A stretch of DNA of 29,395 nt. It comes from Macrostomum lignano. Taxonomy: Eukaryota. A program made the translations under genes and the position numbers. Positions 11,251 to 21,556 of the stretch are shown here, in pieces. The stretch spans positions 1 through 29,395 of the forward strand of contig NIVC01004988.1 of NCBI GenBank assembly GCA_002269645.1, in the 5' to 3' direction. The notes under the pieces were generated by a model. That model saw only the letters and a list, made by a program, of their open reading frames with translations, was not told the origin of the DNA and did not search any database. Every line of letters starts with the position of its first letter. Position 1 is the stretch's first letter.

Positions 11251-11520
11251 GCACCACAGCAGTTCGAGGCAGCCTATCAGCCCAAGAACTCGCCGCAGCC
11301 CTAGCCGAAAATGGCAGCAGCGATGGGTGTGACGGAGCATTCCCTGTGGCCACTTCTGGCAGCAGTGCAAGCGGCAACAGCAAGTCCGCCACTGCTGGGG
11401 TCCACCGAGGACACAAATTGGCCGGTTTAGGCAAACTGCTCAAGCCATGGAAATGGAAGCGAAAGAAGAAAAATGGCCAGCAACCAAAGCTGCTGGAGGA
11501 GCAGGCGGCTAATGCTGGAG
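11251..11520 (+). CDS. PHACTR: PHACTR exon with the N-terminal basic/NLS motif
   Basis: CAG| acceptor and |GTGAGC donor, phase 1/1. Encodes HKLAGLGKLLKPWKWKRKKK, the conserved PHACTR N-terminal motif. Confidence 0.88.
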
Positions 11521-11548
11521 GTGAGCTTGCTTTATCTACTTTTATCTG

Positions 11549-11712
11549 CCTCACTTATGTCCCTCTCCCTCACATCTCCCCTCTCCCTCACTCATCTCCC
11601 CTCTCCCTCACTTACCTCACCTCTCCCTCACTTATCTCACCTCTCCCTCACTTATTTCACCTCTCCCTCACTTATTTCACCTCTCCCTCACTTATCTTCC
11701 CTCTCCCCCACT
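11549..11712. repeat. Intronic minisatellite, 20-bp unit CTCACTTATTTCACCTCTCC
   Basis: About 8 tandem units. Confidence 0.9.
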
Positions 11713-11750
11713 TTCCACCCACTGTCTTCAATCAAATTTTAATATTTCAG

Positions 11751-11825
11751 CCGCTGACACAGTTGAAGCCCCTGACACAGCAGGCTTCGATAGTAACTCT
11801 GTGCCTTCACCAGGCCTGCAATCCG
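11751..11825 (+). CDS. PHACTR: PHACTR exon (75 nt)
   Basis: TTTCAG| acceptor, |GTGAGC donor, phase 1/1, open frame (A)ADTVEAPDTAGFDSNSVPSPGLQS. Confidence 0.72.
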
Positions 11826-11990
11826 GTGAGCTCATTAATTTAGTTTTTTCCCAGTAAAAAAACTTCCTTTCAAGATTTTATTTTTGTATGTTGATGTCAC
11901 TGGCAAATGTTTTGTTATTATATACGTTAATATGATACGACAAAATTTCATCACTTTGATCAAACGTAGCCAGAAACATCAAAGTCAAAG

Positions 11991-12291
11991 TTGTGAACTT
12001 TCGAGTTTGTGAACTTTCGAACAACTTGTGACCCATTCGAGTTTGTGAACTTGAAAAAAACTTGTGACCTTTCGAGTTTGTGACCTTTCGAGTTTGTGAC
12101 CTTTCGAGTTTGTGACCCTTCGACTTTGTGACCTTTCGAGTTTGTGAACTTTAAAACTTGTAACATTCTAGTTTGTGAACTTTCAAAATTGTGACCAATT
12201 CGAGTTTGTGAACTTTCAAAATTGTGACCCATTCGAGTTTGTAAACTTTCGAACTTGTGACCTTTCGAGTTTGTGAACTTTCAAAATTGTA
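11991..12291. repeat. Intronic minisatellite, ~16-bp unit TTTCGAGTTTGTGA(A/C)C
   Basis: Degenerate tandem units. Confidence 0.9.
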
Positions 12292-12382
12292 AAATCTGAG
12301 GCTTGTGAAACGCCTTTATCGTGATACTATGATCGCGGTATATTAATATATCTTTGTGAACGCACGCTAACACATCGATCAG

Positions 12383-12628
12383 CTCCGCGTATTCGGTTGT
12401 TGCCGAGTCACCAGCAACAACAGCAGCAGCAGCAACAAAAGATGCGTAGAAAGGCCAGCACTAATTCTGATCAGCTGATTGACCAATCGTCTGTAGCACT
12501 GCGGCCCAGACCGTTCCATCGGATTCTGTCAGCTGACAATGCTGATCAAGGTCGACCTGCTCGGCCTCGGCCTCTATTGATCCTTTCGCCTCAGTTGCCC
12601 ATCTCAGACCAGCAGCAGTTTAGCTTTG
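12383..12628 (+). CDS. PHACTR: PHACTR exon (polyQ, low complexity); 3' boundary uncertain
   Basis: CTAAC branch-like site then CAG| in phase 1, open frame PRIRLLPSHQQQQQQQQQKMRRKAS...QQFSF. Donor at 12629 or 12631. A possible small exon at 12772-12809 is unresolved. Confidence 0.6.
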
Positions 12629-12811
12629 GTGTGGCTTTCAGTTTTTTGAAAATTTGTTTTTTTCGGCAGTGCATCCGCTGTTAAAATATTATTTGTCGAA
12701 AAGTGCATGGCAAACTAGTGACTTTTACCCGTGTGCTTTCAGAAAGTTCTTTTTTTATTTTTTACTACCAGATATGCACGATTTGTTTCTGACTGCGTCT
12801 CCCAATGCTGT

Positions 12812-13125
12812 CAGCCTCCCAGATCCTCAGTTGCTGGGCCAGCCTCCCAGATCCTCAGTTGCTGGGCCAGCCTCCCAGATCCTCAGTTGCTGGGCCAGCC
12901 TCCCAGATCCTCAGTCGCTGGGCCAGCCTCCCAGATCCTCAGTCGCTGGGCCAGCCTCCCAGATCCTCAGTCGCTGGGCCAGCCTCCCAGATCCTCAGTT
13001 GCTGGGCCAGCCTCCCAGTGTCAGTTGCTGGGCCAGCCTCCCAGATCCTCAGTTTCTGGGCCAGCCTCTTAAATCCTCAGTTGCTAGGCCAGCCTCCCAG
13101 AGTGTCAGTTGCTTGACCAGCCTCC
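12812..13125. repeat. Intronic minisatellite, 28-bp unit CCAGCCTCCCAGATCCTCAGT(T/C)GCTGGG
   Basis: About 11 tandem units. Confidence 0.95.
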
Positions 13126-13504
13126 CAGCTGCTCACTTACTTAAACATAAAGAATGAATAGCATATTAAAAATTATTAAACTTGTGTTTTTTTGCATTTT
13201 GCAATGCCATGCAAGATCTCTAATTTGCTTGGAACTAAAATTTATTATAATTTTCAGTGTAAGCATTGCCTGTTGTGTGATAGACTAATAGGTTTAGTAA
13301 AATTTGTTATTAATTAGCCCCTATGTGCATGTCAAGCTAGTCTATCATCACGTCACATCGCGTCATTTTGCCCGATCTGCTTTGAAGTTTGAGTTGAAAA
13401 TGATTGCCTGTAGTCGGAATCAATGTATATTTTATAAGAATCCTTGGGTCTTGCTGCTTCAAGAATATTTCTCTGAGTAATCCGCCCCTTCATCTCTTCA
13501 TCAG

Positions 13505-13737
13505 CCATCTTCATCCGCCTACTAATTCGCCAAACGCCTCTTCATTCCTGAAACCATTCAAACCATCTGCAGCTTCGCCAACTGCCCGTGTATCAGGCGG
13601 GGTGCCCGTACTGCCTGTTGGCCCAGCGGCTCTCGGCGGCGCAGGCGGCGGTCAGCCTCCCGGCATGTCGATGCTTCGTCACGTCAGTTCGACGCCAAAG
13701 TCTGGAGAAACCAGCGTTAGCGACAATCGACCTCTCG
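13505..13737 (+). CDS. PHACTR: PHACTR exon (P/G-rich); acceptor at 13505 or 13464
   Basis: Open frame HLHPPTNSPNASSFLKPFKP...VPVLPVGPAALGG...SDNRPL. Strong G|GTGAGT donor in phase 1 matches the acceptor at 16996. Confidence 0.68.
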
Positions 13738-13767
13738 GTGAGTTGCAGCGTTAACATTCAAGACGAG

Positions 13768-13830
13768 TATGGAGTACTCGTGAGTAGTATAGAGTAATCG
13801 TAAGTAGTATAGAGTACTCGTGAGTAGTAT
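13768..13830. repeat. 20-bp minisatellite AGTACTCGTGAGTAGTATAG, left part
   Basis: Three units ending exactly at the LTR start. The same unit resumes at 16671-16925. Confidence 0.9.
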
Positions 13831-14044
13831 TGTGGTATATGCGCATATAAAGTATATTTCATTTCACACACATTGGCCATAGACACTGCCCCTGTTAACC
13901 CTGCGTTCTAAAGCTAATATAAGGAGAGCAAATATAAAGGAAATGAATGTTAACATCGGCATGGCAAGAGCCCGCTACCAAGCTTGAGATTACTAACCAT
14001 AATTCACCTGGACTTCGAGTTGGTAACGGAAGTCGGATGTAACA
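13831..14044 (+). repeat. 5' LTR (214 bp)
   Basis: TGTGG...TAACA, followed after one nucleotide by the PBS. TATAAA at 13846-13851. Confidence 0.7.
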
Positions 14045-14045
14045 T

Positions 14046-14058
14046 TGGCGACGAGGAT
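14046..14058 (+). other. Primer binding site complementary to the tRNA-Ser(GCU) 3' end
   Basis: TGGCGACGAGGAT is the reverse complement of ATCCTCGTCGCCA, the metazoan tRNA-Ser(GCU) terminus as I recall it. Confidence 0.8.
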
Positions 14059-14076
14059 TCTTCAGAAGAAGACAAA

Positions 14077-15148
14077 ATGACCGCGCCAAATACTGCTTCG
14101 AAAATCAGCACATTTGATCCGGCACGACCTGAAAGGTGGACTGTATACGAGGAGCGTCTGGAACAATACTTCATCGCTAAATCCATCACCAAAGAGGAGA
14201 TTAAGCGAGCCGAGCTCATCACAGTAATTGGTGAAGACTGCTATACGTTGCTCAGACTTACTGTCTCCAGACTCTCCGAAGGACAAATCCTACGATGATT
14301 TAATTGAAAAGTTACGAACGCATTTCACCCCAACGCCGAAAAGAATCGTCGAGAGATACAACTTTCATCACCGAAGCCAGCAGGAAGGCGAATCCATTGC
14401 AGAGTACGTCGCGCAGCTACGGAAGTTGGCGGCGACCTGTTCGTTTGGAGGCTTTTTGTCGGAGGCGATCAGAGACAGACTGGTTTGTGGACTACGAAGC
14501 AAGCTGACACAGCAAAGGCTGCTGCAGGAGGACGATGTTTCACTGGACGACGCAGTTAAAATCTCGACAGCAATCGAAATCGCAGAGAAGGGTGCAATGC
14601 GGATCCACACTGGAAGAGACATTGTCGGCCTGGCTCAGGCCAATGCGGTATATGGAAGATCATCTGCTAAGGGATCGGGACCGACGAATCCGGCCAGTTC
14701 AGACGACCGGTGCTACAGGTGCCTCTCTTCTGGGCACTGGGCGAGAAGCTGTCCCAAAAGATCGCATGTCTGCAGTCGATGCAATAAACCAGGTCATGTT
14801 GAGAAGGCGTGCAGGACGAAGCAGAAGCAGTTCAGCGGAAACCAACCGTCGCACAGCAAGAAGAAGTTCAAACCCAAGCAGAGCTACAAAGGTAGGAAAA
14901 TAAAGCATCTGAGCGCAAATGTTCATACTGACGCGTCATGCTATGGTGTCGGCGCGGTGCTTTCACTCATTATGAGCGATTCGGATGAGAAGCCGATCTG
15001 TTATGCGTCCAGAGGCCTGTCCAAGGCTGAGAAGAACTATTCGCAGATAGAAAAGGAAGGTTTAGCAATAGTCTTCGCGGTGAAAAAGTTCCACCAGTAT
15101 TTGTACGGCAGACGGTTTATTCTGGTCACTGACATAAACCGCTTGTGA
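14077..15148 (+). pseudogene. gag (frameshift near 14252) fused in frame to RNase H C-terminal part
   Basis: MTAPNTASKISTFDP...W..YEERLEQYF; shift at LLR/DLLSP; IRDRLVCGL; CYRCLSSGHWARSC and CSRCNKPGHVEKAC; then HTDASCYGVGAVLS...AEKNYSQIEKEGLAIVFAVKKFHQYLYGRRF. Confidence 0.9.
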
Positions 15149-16656
15149 CGATATTCGGTCCGAAGAACAACATTCCAAGCATAGCTGCCAGTCGGTTGCA
15201 GCGCTGGGCTGTGATTCTGTCAGCCTATCAGTTCGAGATTCGATACAGGCGGACAGACGAATATGGAAATGCGGACGCGTTGTCAAGACTGCCGCTGGAG
15301 AGTACTAAGTCCACGGAGGATGGTGTGTTCCAGAATCGCATAGAGGCTCAACCAATCGACCATGGAGAGTTAAAGAGAGCAACAGCGATGGACGAAAATC
15401 TGTCCCGTGTTCTGCGATACTGTCGTTTTGGGTGGCCAGAACATAGCGAACAAGAGCTTCAGCCCTACCACTCGAGGCGAAACGAGCTGAGTGTTGAAGA
15501 TGGAGTCATCTTTTGGGGCATCAGGATGTTGATCCCTGCTTCACTGAAGCAGCAGCTACTGCAACTGCTACACGAAGGGCACCCCGGCATTGTGGGCATG
15601 AAGTCCCTGGCACGGCTGCATGTATGGTATCCAGGGATCGATAAAGACATCGAGACGGCTCTAACCAAATGCAAGGGCTGTCAAGCGCAGAGGAACCTGC
15701 CGCCACAGGCGCCACTGCAGCCGCTGCTCTGGCCAGAAAAGGCATGGACTCGACTTCACTTGGACTTCTTTGGTCCATGCTACGGGTTCATGTGGCTTGT
15801 CGTTGTCGATGCCACAACCAAATGGGTTGAAATTTACCCGATGAGGTCGGCGACTGCCCATGGCACGATCAGCAAGCTGCAGGAAACTTTCGCGAGATAT
15901 GGTTATCCGAGGCAAATCCTCTCTGACAATGGGTCGCAGTTCACTGCTGAGGAATTTAAAAACTACCTTCGAAGCTGCCGCATCACACAAATTCTGACGT
16001 CGGTGGGGCATCCAAGATCGAATGGACTAGCCGAACGAATGGTTCAGACCGCCAAAAGAGCGTTAAGAGCGGGCATGAAGGACTCTCATGATGCACTAGG
16101 ATGCCTAAATGCTTTTCTAGCGCGCTACCGAGTTACGCCACACTCTACAACCGGCAAGACGCCTAGCGAGATGATGCTAAAGTACTCGCCAAGAACTAAA
16201 CTTAGTCATCTTCACCAGGACACCGAGCAAAGAGTTGCTGAGAAGCAGGAGCAGCAGAAGCAGCAACACGACAAGGGAGCTTCAAAAGTAGCCCGTGAGT
16301 TTGAACCTGGAGAATCTGTGCTCGTGCTCGACTTCAGGAAGCAAGGAGAGGACAAATGGGCCGTCGGAGAAATTCTTAAACGCCGTGCACAACTCTCATG
16401 TCTGGTGAAAGTAGGCCGCATGGTCTGGAAACGGCACGTGGACCACATTACTTCGACAGGACTTCAAACGGAGAGCAAGGCCGCTTTGTCCCATGAATTA
16501 CTGGAGCAGCTAATCGGGAAAGGCAATAACGAGTCGCAGGCAGTTAACTCAGGCGGAGGAGCGACAACCAAGACTAGATGTGCGGAGACTGCCCAGGCCA
16601 GGAGGCATCGCTACAAGCATGAGGATGTGCCTCTAACTCAGACCAGACTGAGATGA
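15145..16656 (+). CDS. Gypsy RNase H tail + integrase (HHCC zinc finger, DDE core, C-terminal domain), separated from the upstream ORF by a 1-nt deletion near 15132
   Basis: LHEGHPG...CKGC; LHLDFFGP, SDNGSQF, SNGLAERMVQT. Expected LVTDHKPLVTIFG is split across frames. Confidence 0.92.
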   Translation: MTIFGPKNNIPSIAASRLQRWAVILSAYQFEIRYRRTDEYGNADALSRLPLESTKSTEDGVFQNRIEAQPIDHGELKRATAMDENLSRVLRYCRFGWPEHSEQELQPYHSRRNELSVEDGVIFWGIRMLIPASLKQQLLQLLHEGHPGIVGMKSLARLHVWYPGIDKDIETALTKCKGCQAQRNLPPQAPLQPLLWPEKAWTRLHLDFFGPCYGFMWLVVVDATTKWVEIYPMRSATAHGTISKLQETFARYGYPRQILSDNGSQFTAEEFKNYLRSCRITQILTSVGHPRSNGLAERMVQTAKRALRAGMKDSHDALGCLNAFLARYRVTPHSTTGKTPSEMMLKYSPRTKLSHLHQDTEQRVAEKQEQQKQQHDKGASKVAREFEPGESVLVLDFRKQGEDKWAVGEILKRRAQLSCLVKVGRMVWKRHVDHITSTGLQTESKAALSHELLEQLIGKGNNESQAVNSGGGATTKTRCAETAQARRHRYKHEDVPLTQTRLR

Positions 16657-16670
16657 AGTATAAAGTATAA

Positions 16671-16925
16671 AGTACTCGTGAGTAGTGTAGAGTACTCTGG
16701 AGTAGTATAGAGTACTCGTGAGTAGTATAATTAATTACTCGTGAGTGTAGAATACTCGTGAGTAATATTGCAGTAGATTAGTATAGAGTACTCAGGAGTA
16801 GTATAGAGTACTCAGGAGTAGTATAGAGTACTCGTGAGTAGGATGAGTAATCGTGAGTAATATTGGAGTACTCCTGAGTAATATTGAAGTACTCGTGAGT
16901 AGTATGAAGTACTTGTCAGTAGTAT
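16671..16925. repeat. 20-bp minisatellite AGTACTCGTGAGTAGTATAG, right part
   Basis: About 12 degenerate units, same unit as 13768-13830. Confidence 0.9.
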
Positions 16926-16995
16926 GGATAATTTTTGCTATTAGTAAATAAGAATGATTATAACAAATAAATCTGATACTTGTCCCTGATTCCAG

Positions 16996-17516
16996 CCATT
17001 GTCAGCGCTAACAGCAAACAGCAGCATCACAATAACAACAACAATCAGAGCATCAGCTCCGCGCCAACAGTAGACCTGTCATATTCATCAGCGGCTGGCC
17101 AATCTCAGCACCTGATGCTGCAGAAGCAATTAATTCAACGTCAACAACAGCTGCTCGCAGCCTCCGCATCCGCTACAGTTCCCGTGTCGCCACTTGCCAA
17201 CGATTATAGCGATGAAGACGACTCCAATACTAATAATAATAATAGTAGTAGTAATAATAATCACCATAATAGCGATTCGGACAGCGATGAGGCAGCTAAT
17301 GTTGATCAACAAAGCGGCGATCGATTCTACGACGATGTTGCCGATGAAGATGACGACGACATCGATGAAGACAGCTCCATCGACGGTGATGAGGAAGCTG
17401 ACGACAGCGTTCCCGGGATGGAAGGCTACGAGCAGGTGCCCGCTAAACAGCCGGACCTGAGCAGGCAGCCTGAGCGGGGCATCATTAAACTGCCAGGAAG
17501 CAAGGGGAAGGATAAG
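16996..17516 (+). CDS. PHACTR: PHACTR exon (Q/N-rich, acidic tract, basic motif)
   Basis: TTCCAG| phase 1, AAG|GTAAGC phase 0. Ends QVPAKQPDLSRQPERGIIKLPG, resembling the invertebrate PHACTR PAKxPDL motif. Confidence 0.8.
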
Positions 17517-17626
17517 GTAAGCTGTTAAAATGCTCTTGTTATTAGTATATCTGTCTAGATCCTCCATTTTCACTCTTTGGGGCTGTTGCTATTTTTCCAG
17601 ATCCCTCTACTTGCTCCAATCGCTGT

Positions 17627-20600
17627 CCCAACTTAATCCAACCACCCTCCCAGATCCCCAACTTAACCCAAATCCCCTCCCAGATCCCCAACTCGACCCA
17701 AGTCCCCTCCTAAATCCCCAACTTGACCCAAATCCCCTCCCAAATCCCCAACTTGACCCAAATCCCCTCCCAAATCCCCAACTTGACCCAGATCCCCAAC
17801 TTGACCCAAATCCCCTCCCAGATCCCGAACTTGACCCAACTCCCCTCCCAGATCCCGAACTTGACCCAACTCCCCTCCCAGATCCTCAACTTGACCCAAA
17901 TCCCCTCCCAGATCCCGAACTTGACCCAACTCCCCTCCCAGATCCCCAACTTGACCCAACTCCCCTCCCAGATCCTCAACTTGACCCAAATCCCCTCCCA
18001 GATCCCGAACTTGACCCAACTCCCCTCCCAGATCCTCAACTTGACCCAACTCCCCTCCCAGATCCTCAACTTGACCCAAATCCCCTCCCAGATCCCGAAC
18101 TTGACCCAACTCCCCTCCCAGATCCTCAACTTGACCCAAATCCCCTCCCAGATCCCGAACTTGACCCAACTCCCCTCCCAGATCCCGAACTTGACCCAAC
18201 TCCCCTCCCAGATCCTCAACTTGACCCAACTCCCCTCCCAGATCCTCAACTTGACCCAAATCCCCTCCCAGATCCCTAACTTGACCCAACTCCCCTCCCA
18301 GATCCTCAACTTGACCCAAATCCCCTCCCAGATCCCGAACTTGACCCAACTCCCATCCCAGATCCCGAACTTGACCCAACTCCCCTCCCAGATCCTCAAC
18401 TTGACCTAAATCCCCTCCCAGATCCCGAACTTGACCCAACTCCCCTCCCAGATCCCCAACTTGACCCAACTCCCCTCCCAGATCCTCAACTTGACCCAAC
18501 TCCCCTCCCAGATCCTCAACTTGACCCAAGTCCCCTCCTAAATCCCCAACTTGACCCAAATCCCCTCCCAAATCCCCAACTTGACCCAAATCCCCTCCCA
18601 AATCCCCAACTTGACCCAAATCCCCTCCCAAATCCCCAACTTGACCCAAATCCCCTCCCAGATCCCCAACTTGACCCAAATCCCCTCCCAGATCCCGAAC
18701 TTGACCCAACTCCCCTCCCAGATCCCGAACTTGACCCAACTCCCCTCCCAGATCCTCAACTTGACCCAAATCCCCTCCCAGATCCCGAACTTGACCCAAC
18801 TCCCCTCCCAGATCCTCAACTTGACCCAACTCCCCTCCCAGATCCTCAACTTGACCCAAATCCCCTCCCAGATCCCGAACTTGACCCAACTCCCCTCCCA
18901 GATCCTCAACTTGACCCAACTCCCCTCCCAGATCCTCAACTTGACCCAAATCCCCTCCCAGATCCCGAACTTGACCCAACTCCCCTCCCAGATCCTCAAC
19001 TTGACCCAAATCCCCTCCCAGATCCCGAACTTGACCCAACTCCCCTCCCAGATCCCGAACTTGACCCAACTCCCCTCCCAGATCCTCAACTTGACCCAAC
19101 TCCCCTCCCAGATCCTCAACTTGACCCAAATCCCCTCCCAGATCCCGAACTTGACCCAACTCCCCTCCCAGATCCTCAACTTGACCCAAATCCCCTCCCA
19201 GATCCCGAACTTGACCCAACTCCCATCCCAGATCCCGAACTTGACCCAACTCCCCTCCCAGATCCTCAACTTGACCCAAATCCCCTCCCAGATCCCGAAC
19301 TTGACCCAACTCCCCTCCCAGATCCCCAACTTGACCCAACTCCCCTCCTAGATCCTCAACTTGACCCAACTCCCCTCCCAGATCCTCAACTTGACCCAAC
19401 TCCCCTCCCAGATCCCCAACTTGACCCAACTCCCCTCCCAGATCCTCAACTTGACCCAAATCCCCTCCCAGATCCCAAACTTGACCCAACTCCCCTCCCA
19501 GATCCCCAACTTGACCCAACTCCCCTCCCAGATCCCAAACTTGACCCAACTCCCCTCCCAGATCCCGAACTTGACCCAACTCCCCTCCCAGATCCCGAAC
19601 TTGACCCAACTCCCCTCCCAGATCCCCAACTTGATCTAACTCCCTTTAGATCCCCAACTTGACCCAACTCCCCTCCCAGATCCCCAACTTGACCCAACTC
19701 CCCTCCCAGATCCTCAACTTGACCCAAATCCCCTCCTAGATCCCGAACTTGACCCAACTCCCTCCCAGATCCTCAACTTGACCCAAATCCCCTCCAGATC
19801 CCGAACTTGACCCAACTCCCCTCCCAGATCCCGAACTTGACCCAACTTCCCTCCCAGATCCTCAACTTGACCCAACTCCCTTTAGATCCCCAACTTGATC
19901 TAACTCCCTTTAGATCCCCAACTTGACCCAAATCCCCTCCCAAATCCTCAACTTGACCCAAATCCCCTCCCAGATCCCCAGATCCCCTCTCAGATACCCA
20001 GCTTGATCCAACCACTGTCCCAGTTCCCCAACTTGATCCAACCAGTCTCCCAGATCCCAAATTATTTCAACTCCCCTTCCAGATCCTTAACTTGATCCAA
20101 CTCCCCTCCCAGATCCCCAACTTGACCCAAATCCCCTCCCAAATCCCCAACTTGATCCAACTCCCCTTCCAGATCCTTTACTTGATCCAACTCCCCTCCC
20201 AGATCCCCAACTTGACCCAAATCCCCTCCCAAATCCCCAACTTGACCCAAATCCCCTCCCAAATCCCCAACTTGACCCAAATCCCCTCCCAGATCCCGAA
20301 CTTGACCTAACTCCCCTCCCAGATCCCGAACTTGACCCAACTCCCCTCCCAGATCCCCAACTTGATCTAACTCCCTTTAGATCCCCAACTTGACTCAACT
20401 CCCCTTAGATCCCCAACTTGACCCAACTCCCCTCCCAAATCCCCAACTTGACCCAAATCCCCTCCCAAATCCCCAACTTGACCCAAATCCCCTCCCAGAT
20501 CCCCAACTTGACCCAAATCCCCTCCCAGATCCCCAACTTGACCCAAATCCCCTCCCAGATCCCCAACTTGACCCAACTCCCCTCCCAGATCCCCAACTTG

Positions 20601-20905
20601 ATCTAACTCCCTTTAGATCCCCAACTTGACCCAACTCCCCTTAGATCCCCAACTTGACCCAAATCCCCTCCCAAATCCCCAACTTGACCCAAATCCCCTC
20701 CCAAATCCCCAACTTGACCCAAATCCCCTCCCAGATCCCCAACTTGACCCAAATCCCCTCCTAGATCCCCAACTTGACCCAAATCCCCTCCCAGATCCCC
20801 AACTTGACCCAACTCCCCTCCCAGATCCCCAACTTGACCCAACTCCCCTCCCAGATCCCCAACTTGATCCCACTCCCCCCCCAGATCCCCAACTTGATCC
20901 AACCA
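17627..20905. repeat. 3.3-kb intronic minisatellite, 30-bp unit CCAGATCC(C/T)(C/G)AACTTGACCCAA(A/C)TCCCCTC, with higher-order duplication
   Basis: About 109 units. Diagnostic variants recur 828-870 bp apart. Diverged units at ~19980-20080. Confidence 0.98.
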
Positions 20906-20948
20906 CTATGTCAAATAGCAATCATCTAAACCTTTCAACCCCTTCCAG

Positions 20949-21470
20949 GCCTCCCGCAGCGGAACCCGTCCAGCCGCTGTCACCACCGCCAACACGTCGC
21001 CGTCTTCAGACGCCGCCGCCGACACGTCAGGCGGCTCATCCACTGCCGGCGCCACTCCCCGCTCTGGCCTGGCAGCGAAAATCAAGCGCAAAGATTCTCT
21101 AGCCAGATTTCTAGAATCTCAGAAAGTCGAACGTCGCCAGATTCTATCGGTACGGCGAGTGCCGTCCAAGGAACGTCGCGAGGAGCGCGACAGAATCGGC
21201 AGCGTGCTGGAACGTCGCCTGAGTCAACGACCGACGCCAGAGGAGCTACAGTGTCGGAATATTCTGCACAACAAGTCGGAAGCGGCTCTGGAGACCGAGA
21301 AGCAGCAGATTATCAAATATCTGACTAGAAAGCTGAGCTTCCGACCCACAATTCAGGAATTGCGAGAGAAGCGCATCATCCGATTCAATGACTATGTGGA
21401 GGTCACCGACACGGAGGAGTACGACAGGGCTGTAGACAAGCCGTGGACTCGGCTGAATGCGGTGGATAAG
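20949..21470 (+). CDS. PHACTR: PHACTR exon with C-terminal RPEL region and PP1-binding segment
   Basis: TTCCAG| phase 0, AAG|GTTTGT phase 0. Encodes KRKDSLA...LERRLSQRPTPEELQCRNIL...LTRKLSFRPTIQELREKRIIRFNDYVEV...YDRAVDKPWTRL. Confidence 0.96.
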
Positions 21471-21556
21471 GTTTGTTGCAGTGCTCAACTGGCCTTTCTG
21501 CCTTTATTTAGATCCTTTGGGATCAAGCGTTCATTAGCTGTTTAACTAGACATCAT

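Larger units (their letters stand above)
13831..16656 (+). mobile_element. Ty3/Gypsy (Mag-like) retrotransposon in a PHACTR intron: 5' LTR, PBS, gag, RNase H part, integrase; protease/RT deleted, 3' LTR absent
   Basis: TG...CA LTR, tRNA-Ser PBS, Gag with two CCHC knuckles, TDASCYGVGAVLS RNase H, HHCC plus DDE integrase, two frameshifts. Confidence 0.93.

Noticed and set aside
12772-12809. Possible 38-nt PHACTR exon (DMHDLFLTASPNA) ending where the 28-bp array begins
   Set aside because: Phases can be made to fit, but the donor is weak and there is no homology, so it is not called without RNA evidence.
17530-20921. (PDPQLDPTPL)n, (LGQVEDLGGE)n up to 648 aa and similar ORFs that look like surface or antifreeze-type repeat proteins
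   Set aside because: They lie in a PHACTR intron with phase-matched flanking exons. The nearest cryptic acceptor (17600) reads into a stop, and several frames on both strands are open simply because the 30-bp unit lacks stops.
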